NCBI GenBank assembly: GCA_040385745.1
Contig: JAZKGU010000053.1
Coordinates: forward strand, 10,097-74,096
Direction of reading: 5' to 3'
Source of the DNA: Pseudomonadota bacterium
GTDB taxonomy: Bacteria; Pseudomonadota; Gammaproteobacteria; Burkholderiales; Burkholderiaceae_D
Length of the DNA stretch: 64,000 bases
In this document: in pieces, positions 1 through 9,225 of the stretch
Layout: every line of letters begins with the position of its first letter
How positions within the stretch are numbered: the first letter of the stretch is position 1
Program-made: the position numbers and the translations under genes
Notes under the pieces: model-generated
The model's database searches: none
The model's input: only the letters and a program-made list of their open reading frames with translations
Told to the model about the DNA's origin: nothing

Positions 1-569
1 ATCGTTTTCTCAAGTTCCTTGGCTTCTGTCTCGCGTTTGGCGAGCAGGCGGCGCTCTTCGCCAGCGACTTCGTCGATACTGGCGCGCACATCGGCAATGA
101 TCTTGGCGCCGTTGAGCACGTCGGCCTGGCTGGCGACCTGCTGCGACACCCCAACTTGCTTGTTCAGTTCGCGCCGTTTGACGATCAGCGGATCGATGAC
201 ATTGACCAGCCAATTGTCGATCATGGGCACCAGGCGTTTGAGGCGCTCCTGCTGGGCCGGATTGTCACCGGTCAGGCTGATTGCCTTGGCAATGCGCGCG
301 CGCGCGTTGAGCTGTTCTTTTTCGATGGGTCCGACCAGGCTCTCGCTACCGGTCAGCATGAAGCCGCGGGTGGAGGTTTGCACCTGCAAGAGAGAAATCG
401 TGAGCTGGTCGGTTTCGGCCAACACATCAAGGGTATGGCGGTCCCAGGTATTGGCTTCCGACAGCTTGCCGAAATTGTTATAGGCCAGTACCAGCAAGAC
501 CAGCAGGATAGCCACAACGGAGCCGAAGCCGGCCACCAGCTTGCTCTTGATACTTAGCGCATTCAACAT
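1..569 (-). CDS. CHASE3-type sensor protein, N-terminal part (probably a methyl-accepting chemotaxis protein); rest lies outside the window
   Basis: Not in the ORF track because it runs off the window. Own minus-strand translation from ATG (revcomp of 567-569): MLNALSIKSKLVAGFGSVVAILLVLLVLAYNNFGKLSEANTWDRHTLDVLAETDQL...TSTRGFMLTG. One TM helix, then a W..HT..VL...RGF.LTG pattern typical of CHASE3 domains. Frame stays open to position 1. Confidence 0.6.
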   Translation of the reverse strand, partial: MLNALSIKSKLVAGFGSVVAILLVLLVLAYNNFGKLSEANTWDRHTLDVLAETDQLTISLLQVQTSTRGFMLTGSESLVGPIEKEQLNARARIAKAISLTGDNPAQQERLKRLVPMIDNWLVNVIDPLIVKRRELNKQVGVSQQVASQADVLNGAKIIADVRASIDEVAGEERRLLAKRETEAKELEKT

Positions 570-707
570 ACTTCTCTCCGGGATACTATTGATTTGTGCA
601 AATGTAACATTTTGCCGCCCGCACGGGGGAAACTGCCGCCATAAAACGCGCTGTGGCGAGGCCCCATCTGCAACAAACCACTGCAACTATAAATACGAAA
701 TGGTCTG

Positions 708-740
708 TAACAAAGACGAAAGCCGCCCGGAGGCGGCTTG
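708..740 (-). terminator. Rho-independent terminator downstream of argG
   Basis: Hairpin agccgcc-cgga-ggcggct (721-738). On the minus strand it is followed by ttcgtctttgtt. Confidence 0.55.
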
Positions 741-757
741 TTCGACGTGCACCGTGC

Positions 758-1990
<1,233 letters not shown>

Positions 1991-2020
1991 GATGATTCCG
2001 TAGAGTGGTGTTGAATTGGG

Positions 2021-2947
2021 TTAGCGCCCGGAGATTTCGCCGAGCAGCAGGTATTCGATCAGCGCCTTCTGCACGTGCAGGCGGTTTTCGGCCTCGTCCC
2101 AGACCACCGACTGCGGACCGTCGATGACGTCGGCGGCGACTTCCTCGCCGCGGTGGGCCGGCAGGCAGTGCATGAACAGGGCGTCGGCGCTGGCGCGCGC
2201 CATCTTCGGCGCGTCGACCATGAAGCCGTCGAACGCCTTCAGGCGCTCGGCGTTTTCCTTCTCGTAGCCCATGCTGGTCCAGACGTCGGTGTTGACCAGG
2301 TGCGCGCCTTGGCAGGCGTCGGATGGATTGTCGAAGAAAGTGTAGCGCGTTGTCGTCACCAGCGACGTATCGATGTCGTAGCCTTTTGGGGTCGACACGT
2401 TCAGGTGGAAGCCGAAGATCTCGGCCGCCTGCAGCCACGAATACAGCATGTTGTTGGCGTCGCCGATCCAGGCGACCGTCTTGCCGGCGATCGAGCCGCG
2501 GTGCTCGACGAAGGTGAAGATGTCGGCCAGCACCTGGCACGGGTGGTGTTCGTTGGTCAGGCCGTTGATCACCGGGACGCGCGAATTGGCGGCGAAGCGC
2601 TCGATGATCTCCTGGCCGAAGGTGCGCACCATGATGATGTCGCACATGCGGCTCATGACCTGGCCCGCGTCTTCGATCGGCTCGCCCCGTCCCAGCTGGC
2701 TGTCGCGCGTATTGAGATAGATCGCCGCGCCGCCCAGCTGGTGCATGCCGGCTTCGAAAGACAGGCGGGTGCGGGTCGAATTTTTTTCGAAGACCATGAC
2801 CAGGGTGCGGTCGATCAGCGGGTGATACACCTCGTAGGCCTTGAATTTGCGCTTGATGACCTTGGCGCGTTCGATCACGTAGTCGAATTCGTCGCGGCTG
2901 AAGTCGGAGAACTGCAGGAAGTGCTTGATAGGCTTGTTTGCTGACAT
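2021..2947 (-). CDS. argF: Ornithine carbamoyltransferase
   Basis: 308 aa. Has STRTR carbamoyl-phosphate motif, HPCQ and HCLP motifs. Lies immediately upstream of argG. Confidence 0.9.
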   Translation of the reverse strand: MSANKPIKHFLQFSDFSRDEFDYVIERAKVIKRKFKAYEVYHPLIDRTLVMVFEKNSTRTRLSFEAGMHQLGGAAIYLNTRDSQLGRGEPIEDAGQVMSRMCDIIMVRTFGQEIIERFAANSRVPVINGLTNEHHPCQVLADIFTFVEHRGSIAGKTVAWIGDANNMLYSWLQAAEIFGFHLNVSTPKGYDIDTSLVTTTRYTFFDNPSDACQGAHLVNTDVWTSMGYEKENAERLKAFDGFMVDAPKMARASADALFMHCLPAHRGEEVAADVIDGPQSVVWDEAENRLHVQKALIEYLLLGEISGR

Positions 2948-3039
2948 GGGGACGACCGGTGGCGGGTGTTATCCGGTCAATTATAAGGGTTTCTTCTGTT
3001 CAGGGTTGGGTGGCGCTTGTCTAGACAATTGGCGGCGCC

Positions 3040-5898
3040 CTAGTAAATGGTGGTGTTTCCGCTGTCCTCGTGCTGCGGCGCCACCAGCGGCAGGTCGAGT
3101 GCAAAACAGGTGCCCGACGGGCTGCTCAGGACCGAAATCTGCCCTCCCAGCAGGGACGTGACGATGTTGTAGCTGATCGACAGCCCCAGGCCGCTGCCGC
3201 CCTGGCCCAGTTTGGTGGTGAAGAAGGGATCGAAGATGCGGCCCAGGTGCTCGTTCGGGATGCCGCTGCCGTCGTCGCGAAATTCGACCAGCACGCGCTG
3301 TTCGGGCGTCAGGGTCGCGCTCAGGCGCATGCTGCCGCTGCTGCCCGGCGCGAACGCGTGCAGCAGGGCGTTGTTGATGAAATTGGTGATGACCTGTCCG
3401 AAGGGGCCGGGGTAGCTGTCCATGCCGATGCTATCGCCCACCTCCAGTTCGATGCTGTGGTTGGCCTGGCGGATGCGGTTCATCATGGTGGCGATGATTT
3501 CGTGGCACACCTGCTGCAGGTTGAAATTGCGGCGCTGTTCGGTGGTGCGGTCGACTGCCACCTGCTTGAAACTGCTCACCAGGTCGGCCGCGCTGGTCAG
3601 GCCGCGCATCACCAGCGCGCCGGCTTTTTGCGAGTCGGCCACGAACGCTGCCAGTTCGCTGCGGCGCAGGCCCGGGCCGTTCATCAGCAGCTCGATCCCG
3701 GCGGCCTTTTCCTGCATGGTCGAGGCGATCAGCAGGCTGTTGCCGATCGGGGTATTGAGTTCATGCGCCACTCCGGCCATGAGCGAACCGAGGGCGGCCA
3801 GCTTTTCCTGCGACACCAGCTGGGCCTGGGCATCCTGCAGCTGGCGGTAGGCGTCGGCATTGTCGAGGGCGATGGCGCCGTAGGCGCACAGGGTGCGAAA
3901 AATCATGCGCTCGTTTTCGCCGTAGGCATGCGACTGCAGCGCCTGCACCGTCATGACGCCGAAGGCGCGCTCGCCCACCGTCAGCGGCACGAACAGGGCG
4001 CTCATATTGGCCACGGTGCCCGGCACGACCTTCTGGTGCTCGCTGTCGGGCCAGTGCTCGATATAGAGCTCGCGGCGCTGATGCAGGCAGCGCACCGCGT
4101 AGGCCGAGGGATGGTCGAGCGGTATAGTATGCGGCGCCAGCTCCTTGCCCAGCTCGACGCCGAAGGCGCGCTGCAAGGTGGCGCTGGCGCTGTCGGTCAG
4201 GTAGATGGCGAAGGTGCTGGCGGTGAGCAGGCCGTGGATGTGGCGGTCGAGCGCGCGAAACACTGCCGCCGCGTCCAGGTGTGCGGTGATCTCCTGGCCA
4301 ATGGCCGAGAGCCGCTCCAGGGTGGCCGAAGTGCGCTGCGCGATTTCGGCGCGGCGCGCCTCCGACTCGGCCAGCTCGCGGTGGTGGTAACCCTCGCTGC
4401 GCGCATGTTCGGTCTGGTGGTGCACCTGCATCGCGATGGCGTGGTTGGTTGCTTCCTGGCTGTGAGTCTTTTCGCGCGACACCGAGGCGGCCACCGCCAC
4501 ATCGTAGGCGCGCCGGAAGTCGCCCGCGGCCGCATACTCGCGTCCCATGGCGTCATACAGTTCGCCCGGCACGGTGTAGCCTTCGATGGTAGAGGCCACC
4601 GCCAGGGCCTGGTTCAGGTAGTGCAGGGCGGGATTGGGTTCGACCATACCCTCGGGGGCCGGCAGCGGGTGCTGGGCATGGACCATGGCCATCACGCGCA
4701 GCGCAGCAATCTGGTTGTAGCGATTGTGCTGCTGGGCGCTGAGTGCGGCTGATTCGGCAGCCACCGCCAGCGCCTCGGCAGCGCGCCCCAGGTGCGACAG
4801 GGCGTGCGCCTGGCCACGCCGGGCGATGCTGCGAAAGTCGGCCTGGTCGAGCGCATCGGCGCGTGCCAGCAGGCGCGTGAAGGCGTCGAGCGCGCCGGCG
4901 TGGTCGCCCTGGTCGAGCGACAGGTCGCCCAGGTACTGCAGGGCGATGGCGTAGCTGCGCGCGTTCTCGAGCGGCTTGAGGATCTCGAGCGCCTCCTGCA
5001 GCATGGTGTGGGCCGCATCGAGCTGGCCGAGGCGGCGCAGGGTGTCGGCGGTGTGCATCAGGCAGGCGCCCACGCTGCGCGGCCAGCCGGCCGGGCGCGC
5101 CAATTCCAGCGCCGACTGCATCCATTGCAGGGCCGCGTAGTGGTCGTTGAGCAGGGTGAAGTCTTCGCCGATGTTGGTGGCGGCCGTGATGGCCGCGCGC
5201 AGCTGGCCGGTGTCGCGCGCAGCTTCGAAGCAGCGGATGTAGTAGCCGGCGGCGGCGCCAAAGTCGCCGATATGGCTGGCGGCCAGCCCGAGGAAATCGT
5301 TGATCCAGGTGGCCAGCGCAGGGCCATGGGCGCTGCCCGAATTAAAGCGGCCGCCCCAGCGCGCCACTGCCATATTACGGTCGCGCAGCACCGCCCAGCG
5401 CGCGATGGCCGCCTCGGCCAGCATCACGCGCAGCTCGTCGCCGGCGCGCGCGGCAGCTTCGGCCACGGCGCCAAAACACGCGTCGCTGGCTTGATGGTCG
5501 CCCTGGTCGACGGCGATCCAGGCCAGCAGCCAGTGGCTGTCGGCGCAGCCGATATGGTCGCCCAGCGCGGTGAAACGCTGCAGGATGGCGCGCGCCTGTC
5601 GCTGCGCCGCGTCGAGCTGCCCGCACAGCCAGTCAGCTTCAGCCAGCACCAGGTCCATGCGCGCCTGGGCGCTGCGTATATCAAAGGGGGACAGGGAAGC
5701 GCCCGGCAGCAGCTGCAGCGCTTCGCGCGCCAGCGTCAAGGCGCGCTGGGTTTCGCGCTGGCGCAGGTGCCAGGCCAGGGGCAGCAGAACGGCAAGCCGG
5801 TCGAGGCCGCGCAGTGCGGGCAAGGCGCTTTCCCAGCTCGCCACGTCGGCGTCGACCGTAAACATGTCCATGCGTGTGCTCCCGGCTAGATTTTTCAT
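3040..5898 (-). CDS. Cytoplasmic sensor histidine kinase with N-terminal TPR-like repeats and a GAF-like domain
   Basis: 952 aa with no hydrophobic TM segment. About 450 aa of Leu/Ala-rich TPR-like repeats, a GAF-like middle, H-box GVAHELNTPIGN, and a C-terminal HATPase (DDGSGIP...GGSGLGLS). Confidence 0.8.
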   Translation of the reverse strand: MKNLAGSTRMDMFTVDADVASWESALPALRGLDRLAVLLPLAWHLRQRETQRALTLAREALQLLPGASLSPFDIRSAQARMDLVLAEADWLCGQLDAAQRQARAILQRFTALGDHIGCADSHWLLAWIAVDQGDHQASDACFGAVAEAAARAGDELRVMLAEAAIARWAVLRDRNMAVARWGGRFNSGSAHGPALATWINDFLGLAASHIGDFGAAAGYYIRCFEAARDTGQLRAAITAATNIGEDFTLLNDHYAALQWMQSALELARPAGWPRSVGACLMHTADTLRRLGQLDAAHTMLQEALEILKPLENARSYAIALQYLGDLSLDQGDHAGALDAFTRLLARADALDQADFRSIARRGQAHALSHLGRAAEALAVAAESAALSAQQHNRYNQIAALRVMAMVHAQHPLPAPEGMVEPNPALHYLNQALAVASTIEGYTVPGELYDAMGREYAAAGDFRRAYDVAVAASVSREKTHSQEATNHAIAMQVHHQTEHARSEGYHHRELAESEARRAEIAQRTSATLERLSAIGQEITAHLDAAAVFRALDRHIHGLLTASTFAIYLTDSASATLQRAFGVELGKELAPHTIPLDHPSAYAVRCLHQRRELYIEHWPDSEHQKVVPGTVANMSALFVPLTVGERAFGVMTVQALQSHAYGENERMIFRTLCAYGAIALDNADAYRQLQDAQAQLVSQEKLAALGSLMAGVAHELNTPIGNSLLIASTMQEKAAGIELLMNGPGLRRSELAAFVADSQKAGALVMRGLTSAADLVSSFKQVAVDRTTEQRRNFNLQQVCHEIIATMMNRIRQANHSIELEVGDSIGMDSYPGPFGQVITNFINNALLHAFAPGSSGSMRLSATLTPEQRVLVEFRDDGSGIPNEHLGRIFDPFFTTKLGQGGSGLGLSISYNIVTSLLGGQISVLSSPSGTCFALDLPLVAPQHEDSGNTTIY

Positions 5899-5929
5899 TG
5901 TAAGCCGAAAATCCTGCAGGAAACAACGA

Positions 5930-6829
5930 TCAATACAGGGTCTGGGCCGACTCGTGCAGCAGCTGGCCGTACAGGGTGTGGCGGAAGCGCGCGATTTTGC
6001 CCGCTTCGACCGCGGCCAGGATGGTGCACTGGGGCTCGATCAGGTGGCGGCAATTATAGAATTTGCAGCCGCCCAGATAGGGCTCGAATTCGACAAAGGC
6101 GCGTTCGAGCATGCCTTCGCTCAGGTGGTACAGGCCGAATTCCTGAAAGCCCGGCGAATCGATGATCGAGGCGCCCTGGCCGAGCGTATACAGGCGCGTG
6201 AAGGTGGTGGTGTGCTTGCCGGTGTCGAGCGCGGCCGAGATTTCGCGCACCGCAATGTCGGCATCGGGCACGAGCAGGTTGATCAACGATGACTTGCCCA
6301 TGCCGGACTGCCCGATGAAGATCGAGGACTGGCCTTCGAGCAGCGGCATCAGGGTGGCCACCGCATGCTCGGGCCGGGTGCGCGCCGACACTTCGTGCAG
6401 CGGGTAGCCGAGCGCGGTGTACATTTGCAGGCGTTCGCGCGCCTTGGGCAGCAGCTCGGCCACGTCGGTCTTGTTGAGGATCAGGTGGGCGTCGATGCCG
6501 GCAGCTTCGGCGGCGACCAGCGAGCGCGAAATCAGGTCGTCGGCAAAGCCAGGCTCGGTGGCCACCACGATGAACAGGCGCGTCAGATTGGCTGCCAGCA
6601 GCTTGGATTTGTACTGGTCGGAGCGGTACAGCAGCGTCTTGCGCTCGGCGATCGATTCGATCACGGCCTGGTCGTCCGAGGTCATTTTGAGGTTGACGAC
6701 GTCGCCCACTGCCACATTGGTTTTTTTACCGCGCGTGACGCACTGCAGCTTGCGCCCGTCCACATCGGCCAGGTAATGGCGGCCATGGGCCGCGATCACG
6801 ACGCCGCTCAGGGGGCACGCGGCGCTCAT
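5930..6829 (-). CDS. rsgA: Ribosome small-subunit-dependent GTPase A
   Basis: 299 aa. Circularly permuted GTPase motifs (LNKTD ... GQSGMGKSSL) and a C-terminal Cys cluster (CKFYNCRH). Confidence 0.9.
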   Translation of the reverse strand: MSAACPLSGVVIAAHGRHYLADVDGRKLQCVTRGKKTNVAVGDVVNLKMTSDDQAVIESIAERKTLLYRSDQYKSKLLAANLTRLFIVVATEPGFADDLISRSLVAAEAAGIDAHLILNKTDVAELLPKARERLQMYTALGYPLHEVSARTRPEHAVATLMPLLEGQSSIFIGQSGMGKSSLINLLVPDADIAVREISAALDTGKHTTTFTRLYTLGQGASIIDSPGFQEFGLYHLSEGMLERAFVEFEPYLGGCKFYNCRHLIEPQCTILAAVEAGKIARFRHTLYGQLLHESAQTLY

Positions 6830-7158
6830 GCCCCGGCCCGCTGCGCGTAGAGCGCGCTGGCGCGGGCGGCGCAGATAAAGTCGTTGATGCTCAAGGCGCC
6901 GCCCGCCGAATGGGTGGTGTAGGCCACCGCACAGGACTTGTAGCTCACCACCAGTTCGGGGTGGTGGTCCTGGCCGTGCGAGACCCAGGCCAGGGCGTTG
7001 ACGAAGGCCATGGTGTGGTGATAGTCGGTGAAGTCAAAAGTCGCGCGCAGCGAGCCGTCGACGACGCTCCAGCCGGGCACCTGCGCCAGCAGGTCGGCCA
7101 GCGCCTGGCCCTGCAGCGCTGGAGGAGTTCGGGTACAGACTTGCTCGGTGAGGATCAT
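6826..7158 (-). CDS. phhB: 4a-hydroxytetrahydrobiopterin (pterin-4a-carbinolamine) dehydratase family protein
   Basis: 110 aa. PCD-like HHP motif (GQDHHPEL). 4-bp overlaps with both neighbouring genes. Confidence 0.75.
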   Translation of the reverse strand: MILTEQVCTRTPPALQGQALADLLAQVPGWSVVDGSLRATFDFTDYHHTMAFVNALAWVSHGQDHHPELVVSYKSCAVAYTTHSAGGALSINDFICAARASALYAQRAGA

Positions 7159-8417
7159 GATGCCGCCAGATTGAGATGCTTGATCCGCACGGAAGCCGGC
7201 GGATGGGAATCGTAGAACGCCGAATGCAGGGGATCCGGCGTCAGGGTCGAGGCATTGTCCTCGTACATTTTGACCAGGGCCGAAACCAGGTCGCGCGCGT
7301 CGGCGTGCTTGGCGGCGAAGGCGTCGGCTTCGAATTCGTGCTTGCGCGAACTGATGGACGTGAGCGGGGCCAGCACAAAGGTAAACACCGGCAGCACCAG
7401 CATGAACAGGATCAGGGCCATGGCGTCGGTGGCGCCGCCGTGCACCGGATCGACCCCGAGACCGGTGTAGAACCAGGCCTGCTCCTTGAGGTAGCCGAGC
7501 AGGGCCAGGAAGGCCAGCGACACGGCGAACATGACACCGATGCGCTTGACGATGTGGCGCAGTTTGAAGTGACCCAGTTCGTGCGCCAGCACCGCCTCGA
7601 TCTCCTGCGGCGCCAGGCGCTCGAGCAGGGTGTCGAAGAACACGATGCGCTTGTTGGCGCCAAAGCCCGAAAAATAGGCATTGCCGTGCGCGCTGCGCTT
7701 GGAGCCGTCCATCACGAACAGGCCATTGGAGGCGAAGCCCACGCGCGCCATCAGCGCCTCGATGCGGGCCTGCAGGCTGGCGTCGGCCAGCGGGGTGAAC
7801 TTGTTAAACAGGGGCGCGATGACGGTCGGGTAGAGAACCATCATCAATAGCTGGAAGCCGCTCCACACCAGCCAGGCATACAGCCACCACCACGGCCCGG
7901 TCTTTGCCATGAGCGTGAGCACGACCCAGATCAGCGGCAGGCCGATGGCCGCGCCGACCAGCATGCCCTTGAGCATGTCGGCAACCCATAGCTTGATTGT
8001 CATTTTGTTAAACCCGAAGCGTTCTTCGAGCACGAACTGGCGATAATAGTCGAAGGGCAGGTCAAGCAGACCGCTGATCAGCGCAAAGGCGAGCAGCAGC
8101 GCGATCTGGTAAGTCATGCCCGGTCCGGTAAGCGGCAGCAGGGTGAACGCCAGCCACTGCAGGCCGCCCAGCAGGGTAAAACCGATCAGGGTAGCGCCGC
8201 CAAACAGCAGGCCGAGCATGCCGAATCGGGTCTTGGCGGCGGTGTAGTCGGCTGCCTTCTGGTGCGCCGCGAGGGGGATTTTTTCGGCAAACTCGGCCGG
8301 TACGGCGCCGCGGTTGGCCATCACATGGCGCAGCTGGCGCCCGGCCAGCCAGAAACGCAGGGCCAGGGTCAGAATGAAGAAAGTAGCGAACAATAGCGAA
8401 AACGATTGTGAAGACAT
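7155..8417 (-). CDS. M48 family (Ste24/HtpX-like) integral-membrane zinc metallopeptidase
   Basis: 420 aa. Multiple TM segments and a HELGHFKLRH zincin motif. Confidence 0.85.
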   Translation of the reverse strand: MSSQSFSLLFATFFILTLALRFWLAGRQLRHVMANRGAVPAEFAEKIPLAAHQKAADYTAAKTRFGMLGLLFGGATLIGFTLLGGLQWLAFTLLPLTGPGMTYQIALLLAFALISGLLDLPFDYYRQFVLEERFGFNKMTIKLWVADMLKGMLVGAAIGLPLIWVVLTLMAKTGPWWWLYAWLVWSGFQLLMMVLYPTVIAPLFNKFTPLADASLQARIEALMARVGFASNGLFVMDGSKRSAHGNAYFSGFGANKRIVFFDTLLERLAPQEIEAVLAHELGHFKLRHIVKRIGVMFAVSLAFLALLGYLKEQAWFYTGLGVDPVHGGATDAMALILFMLVLPVFTFVLAPLTSISSRKHEFEADAFAAKHADARDLVSALVKMYEDNASTLTPDPLHSAFYDSHPPASVRIKHLNLAAS

Positions 8418-8464
8418 TCTGTGCCTGTGAGAAAATGCAGGATTGAATAGGCGAAGAGAGAATT

Positions 8465-9049
8465 ATGTCACATGCCACTGATTTAGAAGCACCGGCCGCC
8501 GTCCAGCGCCCCAACGAATTCAACCTGGTGTGGGTCGACATGGAAATGACGGGCCTGGAGCCCGATACCGACCTGATCATCGAGGTCGCCGTGGTGGTTA
8601 CCGACATGCATCTGAATATCATCGCGGAAGGTCCCGTGTTTGCCATCCATCAGTCCGATGAAGCGCTCGACAAGATGGATGCCTGGAACAAGGGCACCCA
8701 CGGCCGCTCGGGCCTGATCGAACGGGTCAAAGCCTCCACCGTGTCGGAAGAGCAGGCCCAGCTCGAGCTGATCGCCTTCCTGAAGCAATACGTACCGGCC
8801 GGCAAATCGCCAATGTGCGGCAACACCATCTGCCAGGACCGCCGCTTCATGGCGCGCGGCATGCCCAAGCTCGAGGCGTTTTTCCACTACCGCAATCTGG
8901 ATGTGTCGACACTGAAAGAATTGTGCAAGCGCTGGAAACCCGAGATCGTCGCCGGCTTCAAGAAACACCAGAAGCACACGGCACTGGCCGATATCCTCGA
9001 ATCGATCGAGGAGCTGCGCTACTACCGCGAGCATTTCATCAAGTTGTAA
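8465..9049 (+). CDS. orn: Oligoribonuclease
   Basis: 194 aa. DEDDh exonuclease motifs (WVDMEMTGL, ...[11 protein letters not shown]). Divergent from the rsgA operon. Confidence 0.92.
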   Translation: MSHATDLEAPAAVQRPNEFNLVWVDMEMTGLEPDTDLIIEVAVVVTDMHLNIIAEGPVFAIHQSDEALDKMDAWNKGTHGRSGLIERVKASTVSEEQAQLELIAFLKQYVPAGKSPMCGNTICQDRRFMARGMPKLEAFFHYRNLDVSTLKELCKRWKPEIVAGFKKHQKHTALADILESIEELRYYREHFIKL

Positions 9050-9085
9050 CCGCGCCGCGCCTGAAGTTTGCGCGAACGCAAAGTA

Positions 9086-9119
9086 AAAACGCCGACTCCC
9101 TGGGTCGGCGTTTTGTTTA
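9086..9119 (+). terminator. Rho-independent terminator downstream of orn
   Basis: Hairpin acgccgac-tccctgg-gtcggcgt followed by tttgttt. Confidence 0.65.
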
Positions 9120-9225
9120 CTACGCATCAGTTCGGCAGATCCCCTTTGACTTGATATCTCGCAAGCCTTGCCCGGACAAATGGCCCAATCTTGTGCTGTT
9201 TGACAAGCAAAAGAGGGGATGGACT

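Noticed and set aside
8815-9225. N-terminal 137-codon extension of the patatin ORF, overlapping the orn 3' end and its terminator.
   Set aside because: The extension is Arg/Pro/His-rich, crosses a clear terminator hairpin, and is out of frame with the real orn coding sequence. The ATG at 9226 with an upstream purine-rich SD is the sensible start.
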